Part shown: positions 1 through 10,267 of the stretch, piece by piece
Layout: each line of letters starts with the position of its first letter
Numbering within the stretch: the stretch's first letter is position 1
Assembly (NCBI GenBank): GCA_965662685.1
Contig: CBFIIQ010000010.1
Coordinates: 10,148 to 74,147 of the forward strand
DNA: 64,000 nt
Source: Pseudohongiellaceae bacterium
Lineage (GTDB): Bacteria; Pseudomonadota; Gammaproteobacteria; Pseudomonadales; Pseudohongiellaceae
Direction of reading: 5' to 3'
Notes under the pieces: generated by a model
Seen by the model: the letters and a program-made list of their open reading frames with translations, nothing else
Database searches by the model: none
What the model was told of the DNA's origin: nothing
Program-made: the position numbers and the translations under genes

Positions 1-902
1 TTATCTCGGTCTCATTGGTTGGCGCCATCGTTACAGGGCTTGTCGTATTATGCGGCCTTTTACTGTTTCAGGTTGACTTGCCATTGGCAATTATTCTGGC
101 CACCGTCGCCATGGCAACCGATGGCATCGCCACCGTGGATGTTATTTTAGAGTCAAAAAAAGATAACCCTTTTTCACGTCTGTTGCTTGCGGTGGTTGCT
201 TTGGATGACGCATGGGGACTTATCCTATTCAGCATAGGTCTGGTTATTGCTACTGCTCTCACTACTGTTTCCAACAGCAGCTCACTGTTATTATTTACTT
301 TACATGATCTGGGAGGAGCGATGCTTCTCGGTGTGCTAATAGGTATACCCGCCGCCTATTTGACCGGCAGGATCAAACCCGGGCAACCGATGCGCTCTGA
401 AGCATTAGGCCTGGTTTTTCTATGTGGTGGCCTGGCATTGTGGCTGGAAGTAAGCTTTTTGATTGCCACCATGGTCATGGGCATTATGATTGCGAATTTT
501 GCCAGGCATCATAAATATCCTTTCCATGAGATAGAGGGCATGGAATGGCCGGTTTTATCAATATTTTTCGTGTTGGCCGGCGCTTCCCTTGAACTGGCAA
601 CCCTGAAAACACTTGGCCTGATCGGGCTTTCATATATTGGTTTACGCAGTATCGGCAAAATATTGGGAGGTTATATCGGCGGCGAGCTTGGTCAATGTCA
701 GCCCGTTGTTAATAACTGGATCGGTTTGGCCATGTTTCCCCATGCTGGCGCAGCACTGGGGATGGCGCTGGTCGCCTCTAATTATTTCCCGCAATATTCG
801 GAGGTTTTGTTGTCTGTGATCATCAGTGCCACTATCTTCTTTGAGATTATCGGACCGGTTTTGGCAAAAATGGCAATAAAGAGAAATATTGCTAAAGACT
901 AG
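1..902 (+). CDS. cation:proton antiporter family protein, 5' end cut by the window edge
   Basis: The reading frame is open back to base 3 with no upstream stop. The protein is polytopic and hydrophobic, with ATDGIAT and LDDAWGL motifs typical of CPA-type exchangers. Stop codon at 900-902. Confidence 0.7.
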   Translation, partial: ISVSLVGAIVTGLVVLCGLLLFQVDLPLAIILATVAMATDGIATVDVILESKKDNPFSRLLLAVVALDDAWGLILFSIGLVIATALTTVSNSSSLLLFTLHDLGGAMLLGVLIGIPAAYLTGRIKPGQPMRSEALGLVFLCGGLALWLEVSFLIATMVMGIMIANFARHHKYPFHEIEGMEWPVLSIFFVLAGASLELATLKTLGLIGLSYIGLRSIGKILGGYIGGELGQCQPVVNNWIGLAMFPHAGAALGMALVASNYFPQYSEVLLSVIISATIFFEIIGPVLAKMAIKRNIAKD

Positions 903-1035
903 TGTCAGAATTCGATAATAGCCCTGAATAGCCCATCTAATCTGGCATTTGGCAACAAAGTGGTTTACTCCCCTACTGCTTTATACTTTAATTGGAGCTG
1001 ACAAAAAAATATAGCAGTAACATCATGAGGAGAGC

Positions 1036-1434
1036 TTGATGGATTGTCCGAAATGTAGTGGTGCCATGCAGGAACACGCCACGACGACCTTGCAGGGCGC
1101 AGTGACTATTGACCGATGCACAGATTGCGGCGGCATGTGGTTTGATAATGGTGAAGCCGAAAAATTAAAAGGTGACTGGATGTCAGATTTCCTGGACAGC
1201 GGAGACCACGCCGTAGGTAAGGCACAAAATCTTAACACAGAGATCAATTGCCCACGTTGTGAAAAGCAAATGAATACAATCAATGATCCCGAACAGCAAC
1301 ATATCACTTATGAAGTATGTAATGAGCATGGCATGTTCATGGATGCCGGCGAATTCGCTGATTATAAGAATGAGACACTGATTGAATCATTCATGAAAGT
1401 GATCAACAAAGCCAAGGGCAAAATCAGCGGCTAA
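1036..1434 (+). CDS. zinc-ribbon protein (TFIIB-type zf, two CxxC pairs per repeat)
   Basis: GAGGAG Shine-Dalgarno precedes the ATG. Zinc-ribbon pairs CPKC..CTDCGGMWFD and CPRC..CNEHG are present. Confidence 0.6.
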   Translation: MMDCPKCSGAMQEHATTTLQGAVTIDRCTDCGGMWFDNGEAEKLKGDWMSDFLDSGDHAVGKAQNLNTEINCPRCEKQMNTINDPEQQHITYEVCNEHGMFMDAGEFADYKNETLIESFMKVINKAKGKISG

Positions 1435-1484
1435 AATCAGACTGCTCTGTTCGACGCTCTTGCTGAACAGCTTGAATGGAAAGA

Positions 1485-3035
1485 CTAACGTAGTTCTGCC
1501 ATTTCCGTAGCAAACATAATCAACATTCCTCCGGCCCTGTCATCAGGGCCGAGAAGTGCTTCCCGGTTTAAATAAGCGTCTAGTGAATCCTGCTTATTGG
1601 TTGATTCACATACATTAACAAAAAACCCTTCCGAGCTACTGCGCATCTGCACTGCGCGCCATGCTTTATCTACCACGCCCTGGTAACTGTCATCGAGCCA
1701 ACCTCTGGCTATTCCCCGCCGAATAGCAGTGGCAATCATCGCAGTTGCACTGATTTCGGCAAAAGATCCGGGATAATCAATCACCTCATGCCACATGCCA
1801 TCAAGATCCTGATAAGGCACCAGGGCATTAATATGGGACTGATAAATCGACAGTAATTCAGTAAACCCTGCCTGATCTTCCGGAAAATCACTTAATGTCA
1901 GAGCCATACCGAGAGCCGGGAAAGCATTTCCTCTTCCCCATGCTGCATCAGTTAATGGGGAGTGGCGGTATAAACCATCATCACGAAGAACAAGATTCTC
2001 CAGAAAATGAATATGGCGCAATGCCAAATCAAAATACTTTTGTTCTCCTGTCAGTCTGCCAACCTTTGCCAGTAGAGGCGTCGCCATAAAATACGCATCA
2101 CTCATTTCACCATGCATTGGCATTGACTCCAGCATTTCGCCGTTGGCATCAAATCCCATGTCTGCAGCCCTGATGGCCAGATCAAGATAGTCACGACTGC
2201 CAGTGCGTTCTGCCATTTCCGCAAATACCAGGTGTCCTGCTGTAACCAGAGAAGAGTTTATATCAATATCTGTGCCATTGAGATATGGCGCAATAACCTC
2301 ACTGACATCTTCCAAATACCCCAACCGCATACGACCAATTAGTGCCATGCCGGGAATATAAACCGGCCAGGAAAAGTCGTGGCCATAATGACTGGCGAGC
2401 TGCTCAGCAAACTGTCTTGGCGAACGCATCAGGCGTTGATCAAGGATTTCATGAGCGGGAGAAATGGGAAGATTATTCAGCTCATCCATAATTTTGCCGA
2501 GCTCTGCAGGCTCATCGTATAAATGCAGTGCTGGCACATACCCTACTCCTGCAACGACAGAATTACTGAGTGCATCAGCTAATTCAAAGTCACTCTCACT
2601 CTCTATCAACACCAGGTCAGGCCCATGGGTTCCCAGCCAGCGCCACAGCGAAAAAGAAACCGGGTTATCCGAATAGCCTCTGCCTTGAGGAGGAAATTGC
2701 AGGAACTCTGCCTGAGGATTGGCTTCAGGAATGACGATCAGATTAAAGGACTGCTCACTTTTCGGACGATTTTGATAGCGGTCATATTCAGCAAGCACTT
2801 TTTGACTGGACTCAGGATTACCATCCAGCCCACCAATTAATACCACTGTGGGCCTGGGGTCGGTATCAACCTGATATCCGCTGGCGTTAATAAGGGTACC
2901 GTAGGAAGACATGCCCACTTGCCATTGCTGGGCGTAGCCAACAGTACTGAACAATAAAGACGCCATCACCAGAAGGTAATTCTTCCAGTATGTATTCCAA
3001 GAAAGAAAGCACTTTATAGTTAATAACTGAGTCAT
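1485..3035 (-). CDS. secreted glycoside hydrolase family 88/105-like protein with an extra N-terminal domain
   Basis: The C-terminal ~330 aa carry the motifs WGRGNAFPALGMA and GMWHEVIDYPGSFAEISATAM, typical of unsaturated glucuronyl/rhamnogalacturonyl hydrolases. The N-terminus is hydrophobic. The start was set at the internal Met and is uncertain; the ORF extends to 3071. Confidence 0.55.
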   Translation of the reverse strand: MTQLLTIKCFLSWNTYWKNYLLVMASLLFSTVGYAQQWQVGMSSYGTLINASGYQVDTDPRPTVVLIGGLDGNPESSQKVLAEYDRYQNRPKSEQSFNLIVIPEANPQAEFLQFPPQGRGYSDNPVSFSLWRWLGTHGPDLVLIESESDFELADALSNSVVAGVGYVPALHLYDEPAELGKIMDELNNLPISPAHEILDQRLMRSPRQFAEQLASHYGHDFSWPVYIPGMALIGRMRLGYLEDVSEVIAPYLNGTDIDINSSLVTAGHLVFAEMAERTGSRDYLDLAIRAADMGFDANGEMLESMPMHGEMSDAYFMATPLLAKVGRLTGEQKYFDLALRHIHFLENLVLRDDGLYRHSPLTDAAWGRGNAFPALGMALTLSDFPEDQAGFTELLSIYQSHINALVPYQDLDGMWHEVIDYPGSFAEISATAMIATAIRRGIARGWLDDSYQGVVDKAWRAVQMRSSSEGFFVNVCESTNKQDSLDAYLNREALLGPDDRAGGMLIMFATEMAELR

Positions 3036-3095
3036 TTTAATATCCGTTAGATCCAGCGAAATAATACACAAATTTCGCAGCGCATACCTGAAAGT

Positions 3096-4334
3096 TTAAC
3101 TTTCAAAAAATGTTCTCATCTCGCGCCTTTTTCCCATCATCAGAAGCAGGCCAACAAAACAAAACAAGGCGGCTATGATATTCGGCCACATCAAACCAAA
3201 CTGGTTTGCAAACCAGCCAATCAGTAAAACGCCAACTGCAGGTGCTCCTCGAGTAAAAGCTGCCCACAAACTCAATACCCTGCCCCGCATGTCATCATCA
3301 ATACTGTTTTGCACCAGAGTCTGGCCGGCCACACTGCCAATCGTAACGGTATAGCCAAAAACAAACATCAACGTCGTCGCCAGCCAGGGAATTGTTATAG
3401 AGGCAAAGCCAATCATTGAAATTATTCCGATAAGGGTCATTAGCAGAATCTCTCGTATCAGCCCCCTTGTCTGGCCATCCATGGACAATCTGAGACCGGC
3501 CAGAACGGCGCCAATGCCCATTGCCGAGGTAAACATCGCAAGCGTAAGAGGACCTGATTGGTAAACAGCACCGACAAAAGCCGAGAGCATAAAGGCAACC
3601 GGACGTATGAATAGAGACACTATTGTCAGTAAAACAAACATGTAAAACAGGGCCTTTTTATCAAGCACATAATTAAAACCGGCTTGTATATCCTGCATAA
3701 ATGATTTTGGCTCTGCTGTTTTGCTACGCGCAGGAACTTTTATAAAAACCCAGGCCATTACGATGAGCAGGTAACTCATCGCATTAAATAGAATGGCCAT
3801 GGCAGGGCTGGATATTGCTATCACGACTCCAGCCAGAGCCGGACCGGCAAACCTGGCGACATTAAAGGCAACTGCGGTGAAAGCAGCGGCGCTAACCAGA
3901 TCTTCCTTTTTAACCAGGTTGGGAATAATGGAAAGCCTGATAGGCTGATAGGCTGCCTGGATAATGCCTTCAGTCATTGCCAACACAAATAATAAACCGA
4001 TGTTAAGCAAATCGAACCAGGCCAGAAAGAACAGGATAAATGCCTGCATCATCATCAATAGCTGGGCAATAACAGCCATGGATTTTCGATCAAAACGATC
4101 GGCCCATACGCCAAACAAAGGGGTTATTAATATAAGCGGAACAATCTCGATAAAGGCTACCGCCGCAACCCAGAATTCTGATTCCGACAATACCCAGGCC
4201 AGCCAGGAGACAGCAAGACGCTGCATCCAGAAACCGATCAGGGAAATACTGTTACCACCCATGTAAATCGCATAGTTACGATTGGAAAAAGCAGAACGCA
4301 GCGAAGAAAATTTACCTGCAGACCTGACAGACAT
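3096..4334 (-). CDS. MFS transporter (EntS/MFS_3-like)
   Basis: About 12 predicted TM helices. The N-terminus FSNRNYAIYMGGNSISLIGFWMQ is typical of the MFS_3 family. Confidence 0.8.
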   Translation of the reverse strand: MSVRSAGKFSSLRSAFSNRNYAIYMGGNSISLIGFWMQRLAVSWLAWVLSESEFWVAAVAFIEIVPLILITPLFGVWADRFDRKSMAVIAQLLMMMQAFILFFLAWFDLLNIGLLFVLAMTEGIIQAAYQPIRLSIIPNLVKKEDLVSAAAFTAVAFNVARFAGPALAGVVIAISSPAMAILFNAMSYLLIVMAWVFIKVPARSKTAEPKSFMQDIQAGFNYVLDKKALFYMFVLLTIVSLFIRPVAFMLSAFVGAVYQSGPLTLAMFTSAMGIGAVLAGLRLSMDGQTRGLIREILLMTLIGIISMIGFASITIPWLATTLMFVFGYTVTIGSVAGQTLVQNSIDDDMRGRVLSLWAAFTRGAPAVGVLLIGWFANQFGLMWPNIIAALFCFVGLLLMMGKRREMRTFFES

Positions 4335-4378
4335 AGAGCAGATAGTTGTCCTTGGTTATTAAAATACTGGTAAAAGAA

Positions 4379-5644
4379 TCAGGGCACGATATCTTTGATA
4401 ATCAGGGTAATGGGGCCGTCCTGTTCAGCCAGAACAAAGGGTTCGGATACCACCTGAATATCACCGGATTGTGCAATAGCATTGCCGGAGTTGGAAAGCC
4501 TTGCACCGACAATTACTTCCTGAGCCGAAGACAAGGTCATGTTGGCTATCATCGCCATGGATTCATCCAGTGTTATTGCAAATGGAAATTCCGGCAGAGC
4601 CACGTTGTCTGCCGCCAAGGGCATAGGCATTGCAGGGTTTCTTGCATAGACAAATAATCTCATGGAATCGTCAACCAATGCTTTAATGGAATCATCAAGC
4701 TCTATAACAAGAGACACTGATGGCCCCTGAGCTGCTATTGATTCAGTTTCAGTAGCTGCCAGTGCAGATGCCGGTAACAGTGATTCCACCTGGGCTATTC
4801 GACTACTCAATACCGCAGCCTGCTGGGAATTGCGATCCAGTTGCGCCAGTTGCCTGCGCCAATAGGTCAATGCCTGGCCAAAGTTTTCATTTAAAAATGA
4901 ATCTATGGCCAACAAGCTCAGAATAGTAAATTCATTTGGATTCAGTGATTGCGCTTCGCCAATGACCTGCTGAACTGCGGGCGTCATTTTTGAGTCGGCA
5001 GCCATATACATGGACTGAGCCAACTGGCCCAGCACGGTCGCCTTATCCGGACTCGGCTCCATAACTTCTACCATCGTTCTGAATACAGCAATTGCCTGGT
5101 CAAAATTTTCCAGCTCCAGATAGAGCGTACCTAGCATATAGCCATTCTGGATATCTTCATTATTACGATCGTAACGTTGCTGCAACAGGTCTGCCAGTCG
5201 GTTCAGGCCATCCAGTTGCTGCTCCGGAGTTTCTGCTGCAGACAACTCCTGCATTATTTCAGGAAGAGCCAGGTCTCGCGCCGACCCCACAACCTCATAT
5301 AATGAATAACTGAACAAGGGAACAAATAACAGGCATAGCAGCGGGATGAGTTTATTGCTACTTTGATTGGCAGCTTTCACCCTGCTATTTTCATCTTCCA
5401 TATCCCTGAGGAAGCTGCGTTGTAATTCAGCCTTTAGTTTTTCGAACTCTTCTGCTGAAATAATTTCTTCTGCTTTATCCTGCTCAAGTTCTGCAAGGCT
5501 TTGTTGAAAGACTTCAATATTTTTTTGTTTACGAATTTCATTATCCGCTTTTTTAATTACAGGACGATAACGCAATACCGGAACGAAAATAAAAAGCAAG
5601 GAAAAGAGCAGCAGAATTGCGCTGTAAAGCCAGAAGGGATTCAT
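4379..5644 (-). CDS. ccmI: cytochrome c-type biogenesis protein CcmI (TPR)
   Basis: Last gene of the ccm operon, starting 5 nt after the ccmH stop. It has N-terminal TM helices followed by a TPR-like region. Confidence 0.8.
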   Translation of the reverse strand: MNPFWLYSAILLLFSLLFIFVPVLRYRPVIKKADNEIRKQKNIEVFQQSLAELEQDKAEEIISAEEFEKLKAELQRSFLRDMEDENSRVKAANQSSNKLIPLLCLLFVPLFSYSLYEVVGSARDLALPEIMQELSAAETPEQQLDGLNRLADLLQQRYDRNNEDIQNGYMLGTLYLELENFDQAIAVFRTMVEVMEPSPDKATVLGQLAQSMYMAADSKMTPAVQQVIGEAQSLNPNEFTILSLLAIDSFLNENFGQALTYWRRQLAQLDRNSQQAAVLSSRIAQVESLLPASALAATETESIAAQGPSVSLVIELDDSIKALVDDSMRLFVYARNPAMPMPLAADNVALPEFPFAITLDESMAMIANMTLSSAQEVIVGARLSNSGNAIAQSGDIQVVSEPFVLAEQDGPITLIIKDIVP

Positions 5645-5649
5645 AAAAA

Positions 5650-6120
5650 TCAGTCCGATTGAGTATCGAGAAGGCGGTGAAGTTTATCCTGCTCTTCTGC
5701 AGAAAGGGCACCATCGTTTTGCCCTGACAGCTGGCTCGCTACCATCATTCGCCTGACGATAAAAAATCCGGCAAGCAGTAAAAAGAGTGGGCTGAACCAG
5801 AGAAAGAATGTCGCAATGGTCAAGCGTGGGCGATAGAGAATGAAATCGCCATAGCGACTACTCATAAACTCAATAATTTCATCATTGCTACGGCCTGCTG
5901 TAATTTGGTCATAAATTTCACGGCGCAAATCAGCAGCAATAGGCGCATCTGAACCAGCCAGATTCGAGTTGAGGCATTTGGGACAGCGCATTTCATAGGT
6001 CAGCTTTTTAAACCTGTCTTCTTCCTGCTCGGAATCAAACGCATATTCCTGAATAGCTGCAAACGCCTGAAAGGACAGGAATAGCAAAACAAGCATACAT
6101 AAGCGAGTTGATAGCAGCAT
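5650..6120 (-). CDS. ccmH: cytochrome c-type biogenesis protein CcmH
   Basis: Carries the RCPKCLNSNLAGSDAPIA CXXC motif, a signal sequence and a C-terminal TM helix. The start was moved to the Met 4 nt downstream of the ccmG stop. Confidence 0.85.
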   Translation of the reverse strand: MLLSTRLCMLVLLFLSFQAFAAIQEYAFDSEQEEDRFKKLTYEMRCPKCLNSNLAGSDAPIAADLRREIYDQITAGRSNDEIIEFMSSRYGDFILYRPRLTIATFFLWFSPLFLLLAGFFIVRRMMVASQLSGQNDGALSAEEQDKLHRLLDTQSD

Positions 6121-6124
6121 TGAT

Positions 6125-6682
6125 TTACCTGATTTGTGCCAGTAATGGTTCAAAGGTGTTCTTCCATATAGTGCTATCGATTGCACCGATGTGTCGGAAA
6201 ACAATCATGCCATTGGCATCAACCAGGAAAGTTTCAGGAGCGCCCGTTACCCCAAGATCTATTCGCAGCGAGCCTCCCAGATCAACAACATTGTAATCAA
6301 AGGGATTACCCCTTTCTTCCAGAAACAGTCGGTCCTCAGCCATGGAGTCGTCATAACTTATCCCGATAAAGGTAAGTGATGGTTCCTGCTCGCTCATTTC
6401 AAGTAAAAAAGGATGCTCAATATGACATGGCAGACACCATGATCCCCATATATTGACGATCAGAATATCGCCGACCACATCAGCACGGGAAAATTCTCCC
6501 GCTTCTGGATACAGGCCTGGCAGAGAAAACTCCGGCAATGGTTTATCAACAAGTGCAGATGGCACAATATTCGGATCACGTGTCAGTCCAAACAACAGAA
6601 AGGCTGCCATGGTTATAAAAAACACCACGGGAATAAATAATTTAACACGTCTATTCATGGGCTGTTTTTTTTCGTTTGTCAT
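6125..6682 (-). CDS. ccmG: thiol:disulfide oxidoreductase DsbE/CcmG
   Basis: WGSWCLPCHIEHP thioredoxin motif with a TM anchor. The start was placed at the Met 20 nt after the ccmF stop. Confidence 0.9.
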   Translation of the reverse strand: MTNEKKQPMNRRVKLFIPVVFFITMAAFLLFGLTRDPNIVPSALVDKPLPEFSLPGLYPEAGEFSRADVVGDILIVNIWGSWCLPCHIEHPFLLEMSEQEPSLTFIGISYDDSMAEDRLFLEERGNPFDYNVVDLGGSLRIDLGVTGAPETFLVDANGMIVFRHIGAIDSTIWKNTFEPLLAQIR

Positions 6683-6701
6683 AGCTCGCTCAACAGAATG
6701 A

Positions 6702-8726
6702 TCAGGTTGCTTCGCCCAGCAGATCAGCGGACCCTTTGGGTTCAGCTGGTGTGGTAGTTTTTGCCTCAAGGTTTTTTGTTTCTTTCAGGCGATAACGCTT
6801 GTCAAGAATTGCAGTAATACCGCCGCCTGCCATCAAAAAAGCCCCAAGCCAGATCCAGAACACAAATGGTTTCACATGAATCCTTACCACCCAGGCATCT
6901 TCCCCTCGAGGGTCACCCAGCGCGGCAAACAAGTCGCGGAAAAATCCGACATTAATATCCGCCTCTGTCTGCACACTGCCAGTGGCACGATAGGTTCGTT
7001 TTTCCGGGAACAGCGAAAGATAAGACTCTCCATTTTTCAGCACAGTAATTTCGCCAGCATCAGCAATATAATTTGGCCCCTGAACTGGCGACACACCCTC
7101 AAAAATAAAAGTATAACGGCCAATATCGATTTGATCGCCCGGTGCCAGACGCACATCTCGCTCTACACTGTAATGACTGGTGAGACAGATCCCGAGAATA
7201 ATAACCGCCATACCAAGGTGGGCAATCTGCATACCATAGTAACTGAGGCTGAGACTTTTCAGTCCTGCCACCAGAGAGTTTTTATTCGCTGTTTTAATCT
7301 GGATATCTCGCGCTATTCCAAACACAATCCAGAAAGACAGCGTAACCGCGACAAATATTCCGACATTAACTTCACGCGTTACAACAAGTGGCACCACCAC
7401 GCCAAGCACAACACTACAGACAAGCACTCTCATTAACTGCTGTTTGAGATAGGCCAGGGACGTTTTCTTCCAGCGTGAAATGGAACCAATAGTTAGAAAT
7501 GCGGCCAGAATAGCCATTAAAGGTAGAAAGATGGTATTAAAATAGGGAGGCCCCACTGACACCATGTTGGCTTCCCCATTTATCGCTTCATGTATTAAAG
7601 GATAAAGCGTGCCGAGCAAAATACCGGCGGTAGACACAACCAACAGGATATTGTTTATTAATAAAAACACCTCTCTTGAGGTTGCTGTATAACTGGCCGT
7701 TCCTTTCACCACCGGCGCACGGAGTGCATATAAAAACAGCGATGCACCAATGACCAGTAACAGTATCGCAAGCAGCACCAGGCCACGTTCAGGATCTACT
7801 GCAAAGGCATGTACCGAGGTGATCAATCCAGACCTGACGATGAATGTCCCGAGCAGGCTTAAAGAGAAAGCTGCAATTGCCAGCAATACCGTCCAGCTTT
7901 TAAAAACACCGCGTTTTTCCGTTACTGCCAGCGAGTGGATTAATGCTGTGCCTACCAGCCACGGCATGAAGGCGACATTTTCTACCGGATCCCAGAACCA
8001 CCAGCCACCCCAGCCCAGTTCGTAATAAGCCCACCAACTGCCCAGTGCGATACCTATAGTCAGAAAAGCCCAGGCTGTATTGGTCCATGGGCGCGTCCAG
8101 CGTGCCCAGGCCGCATCCAGTTTTCCGGTAAGCAGTGCAGTAATAGCAAAAGCATAGGCTACAGAAAATCCCACGTAACCCATATAAAGAAATGGCGGGT
8201 GTACGATCAAACCAAAATCCTGTAGCAATGGATTCAAGTCAGTGCCTTCAGCTGGCGTGTTTAGCATCAGGCGGTCAAAGGGATTGGAGGTCAGCAACAT
8301 GAATAAAAGAAAACAGACGCTGATAATGCCCATTACTGACAGCACGCGAGCCAGAATATCCAGCGGCAGATTGCGGCTGAACAGGCTGACAGCATAAGTC
8401 CAGCTGGCAACCATCAGGACCCACAACAGCAGCGAGCCTTCATGTCCGCCCCAAACAGCAGTAAATTTGTAGTACCAGGGCAGCAGTGTATTTGAATTTC
8501 TCGCCACATAAGCTACTGAAAAATCATCATGCAGGAAAGCCCACGCCAGACAGCTGAAGCTCACCACCATGAATACCCAGATACCCGAGCATATTGGTCG
8601 TGATAGCGTCATCAGCAGCTGGTTATTTCGATATACCCCGAGCATTGGCAGCACACTTAAAAGCAGCGCCAGACTAAGGGCCAGGACCAGAGAAAAGTTA
8701 CCCAGTTCAGGAATCATTGATGGCAT
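6702..8726 (-). CDS. ccmF: cytochrome c heme lyase subunit CcmF
   Basis: 674-aa polytopic protein with a W-rich motif (WGGWWFWDPVEN). It overlaps ccmE by 13 nt. Confidence 0.95.
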   Translation of the reverse strand: MPSMIPELGNFSLVLALSLALLLSVLPMLGVYRNNQLLMTLSRPICSGIWVFMVVSFSCLAWAFLHDDFSVAYVARNSNTLLPWYYKFTAVWGGHEGSLLLWVLMVASWTYAVSLFSRNLPLDILARVLSVMGIISVCFLLFMLLTSNPFDRLMLNTPAEGTDLNPLLQDFGLIVHPPFLYMGYVGFSVAYAFAITALLTGKLDAAWARWTRPWTNTAWAFLTIGIALGSWWAYYELGWGGWWFWDPVENVAFMPWLVGTALIHSLAVTEKRGVFKSWTVLLAIAAFSLSLLGTFIVRSGLITSVHAFAVDPERGLVLLAILLLVIGASLFLYALRAPVVKGTASYTATSREVFLLINNILLVVSTAGILLGTLYPLIHEAINGEANMVSVGPPYFNTIFLPLMAILAAFLTIGSISRWKKTSLAYLKQQLMRVLVCSVVLGVVVPLVVTREVNVGIFVAVTLSFWIVFGIARDIQIKTANKNSLVAGLKSLSLSYYGMQIAHLGMAVIILGICLTSHYSVERDVRLAPGDQIDIGRYTFIFEGVSPVQGPNYIADAGEITVLKNGESYLSLFPEKRTYRATGSVQTEADINVGFFRDLFAALGDPRGEDAWVVRIHVKPFVFWIWLGAFLMAGGGITAILDKRYRLKETKNLEAKTTTPAEPKGSADLLGEAT

Positions 8727-9169
8727 ACCTCGGCAGTTTCGGTTTCAGCGGCATCAAGCGAGGCTTTCACTTCCGCAGACATATAATTCTCATCATGCTT
8801 GGCCAGAATCTGTGTTGCCCTGAAAACCCCATCTTCATCAAGGGCACCGTCGGCTACGACACCCTGCCCTTCACGAAAAAGATCTGGTAATGGGCCACTG
8901 AAACTCACCAGAATATCATTACAAAAGTCCGTCGCCAGGAAATTGACCTCAGTGCCATCAAGACCATCTTTTATCACGCTGCCGGTCTTTACCATACCGC
9001 CCACTCGAAAATTTTGCCCTTGAGAAACATCACCGGAATAAACTTCCGTAGGGGTATAGAACACATTGATTCCCTCATTGAGGGCAACCAATAACAAGCC
9101 GACAGCCAGTGCTGCTCCGAATAATATAAATATCACAATGGCCAGTTTTTGTTGGCGGTGGGCTAACAT
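8714..9169 (-). CDS. ccmE: heme chaperone CcmE
   Basis: LAKHDENYMSAEV heme-binding His motif and an N-terminal anchor. Confidence 0.95.
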   Translation of the reverse strand: MLAHRQQKLAIVIFILFGAALAVGLLLVALNEGINVFYTPTEVYSGDVSQGQNFRVGGMVKTGSVIKDGLDGTEVNFLATDFCNDILVSFSGPLPDLFREGQGVVADGALDEDGVFRATQILAKHDENYMSAEVKASLDAAETETAEVCHQ

Positions 9170-9284
9170 GTCAATTTTCTCTCACTATTCCAATGTCGTT
9201 ATTATGCTTTACCAAGCTTTACGTAGTTGCTGACTATTCAGGCTAAAAAAACTTCAAGCCAGTGATCCTGTTTAATAATGCAGC

Positions 9285-9467
9285 CTAGGCACTGTTGCGT
9301 TGCATTCTGGCTTTTTGAGCCTTGATTATTTTTCGCTTTGCCAATACCGGCTGTATCAGGTTATACGCAATCATGAGCGCAAACACACCATAGGAAGACC
9401 ATACGTATTTAGCGTGACCACCCATGGCGAAAAATTCTGCAAGACTTTGAAACTGGAATTCAGGCAT
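9285..9467 (-). CDS. ccmD: heme exporter protein CcmD
   Basis: 60-aa single-TM protein overlapping the ccmC end by 8 nt, in the conserved operon position. Confidence 0.8.
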   Translation of the reverse strand: MPEFQFQSLAEFFAMGGHAKYVWSSYGVFALMIAYNLIQPVLAKRKIIKAQKARMQRNSA

Positions 9468-10221
9468 TGCCGGACTCCTTCATATTACTTGCCACAAGAT
9501 CGCTTACCCACTGAGATCGTCGTTCCCGCAACAAAATTTCATTGCGCGTTCTGAGAATCAAGGCAATCAGAAAAAATCCGAGAATACCAAAGCCCACAAA
9601 AAACGCGGGAATCCAGACTTCCGGTGGATTGGCTGCGGTATCGCTGAGGGAAAGATTACTCGCCCCCTGATGCAGGGTGTTCCACCAGTCGACGGAGTAC
9701 TTGATAATTGGCAGGTTAACCACGCCAACAAGACTCAAAACCGCACATGCCCTGGCACCGGAATCAATGGAATCAAAAGCCGAACGCAGGGCGATTATAC
9801 CCACGTAAAGAAAAAGCATTATCAGCGTCGATGTCAGGCGCGCATCCCAGATCCACCAGGTGCCCCAGGTAGGAATGCCCCAGAGTGAACCGGTTGCCAG
9901 AGCCACCGCTGTAACAGTTGCACCGATAGGCGCACAGGCCTTGGCAATCATATCGGCCACCTTGATCTTCCATATCAGGTAACCGGCACTGAAACAGGCC
10001 ATCATGGCATAACAACCCATCGCCAGAGTTGCCATCGGCACATGGATATAGGCAATACGGTAATTTTCTCCCATCTGGTAATCGGGAGGAGTAAAAGCAA
10101 GGCCCCAGGCCAGGCCTGTGCCCAGCAAAATCACCGTAAACCAGCTCAGCCAGGGCAGATACCTGTCAGTCTTGCTGTAAAACAATCTGGGTGAACCTAA
10201 TTGTAAAAACCACTGCCACAT
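9460..10221 (-). CDS. ccmC: heme exporter protein CcmC
   Basis: WGTWWIWDARLTS tryptophan-rich motif and 6 TM helices. Confidence 0.95.
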   Translation of the reverse strand: MWQWFLQLGSPRLFYSKTDRYLPWLSWFTVILLGTGLAWGLAFTPPDYQMGENYRIAYIHVPMATLAMGCYAMMACFSAGYLIWKIKVADMIAKACAPIGATVTAVALATGSLWGIPTWGTWWIWDARLTSTLIMLFLYVGIIALRSAFDSIDSGARACAVLSLVGVVNLPIIKYSVDWWNTLHQGASNLSLSDTAANPPEVWIPAFFVGFGILGFFLIALILRTRNEILLRERRSQWVSDLVASNMKESGNA

Positions 10222-10267
10222 ATATTTCGTTAAAATCCCGGAAAGACTGAATAATTTTCAGATAAAG

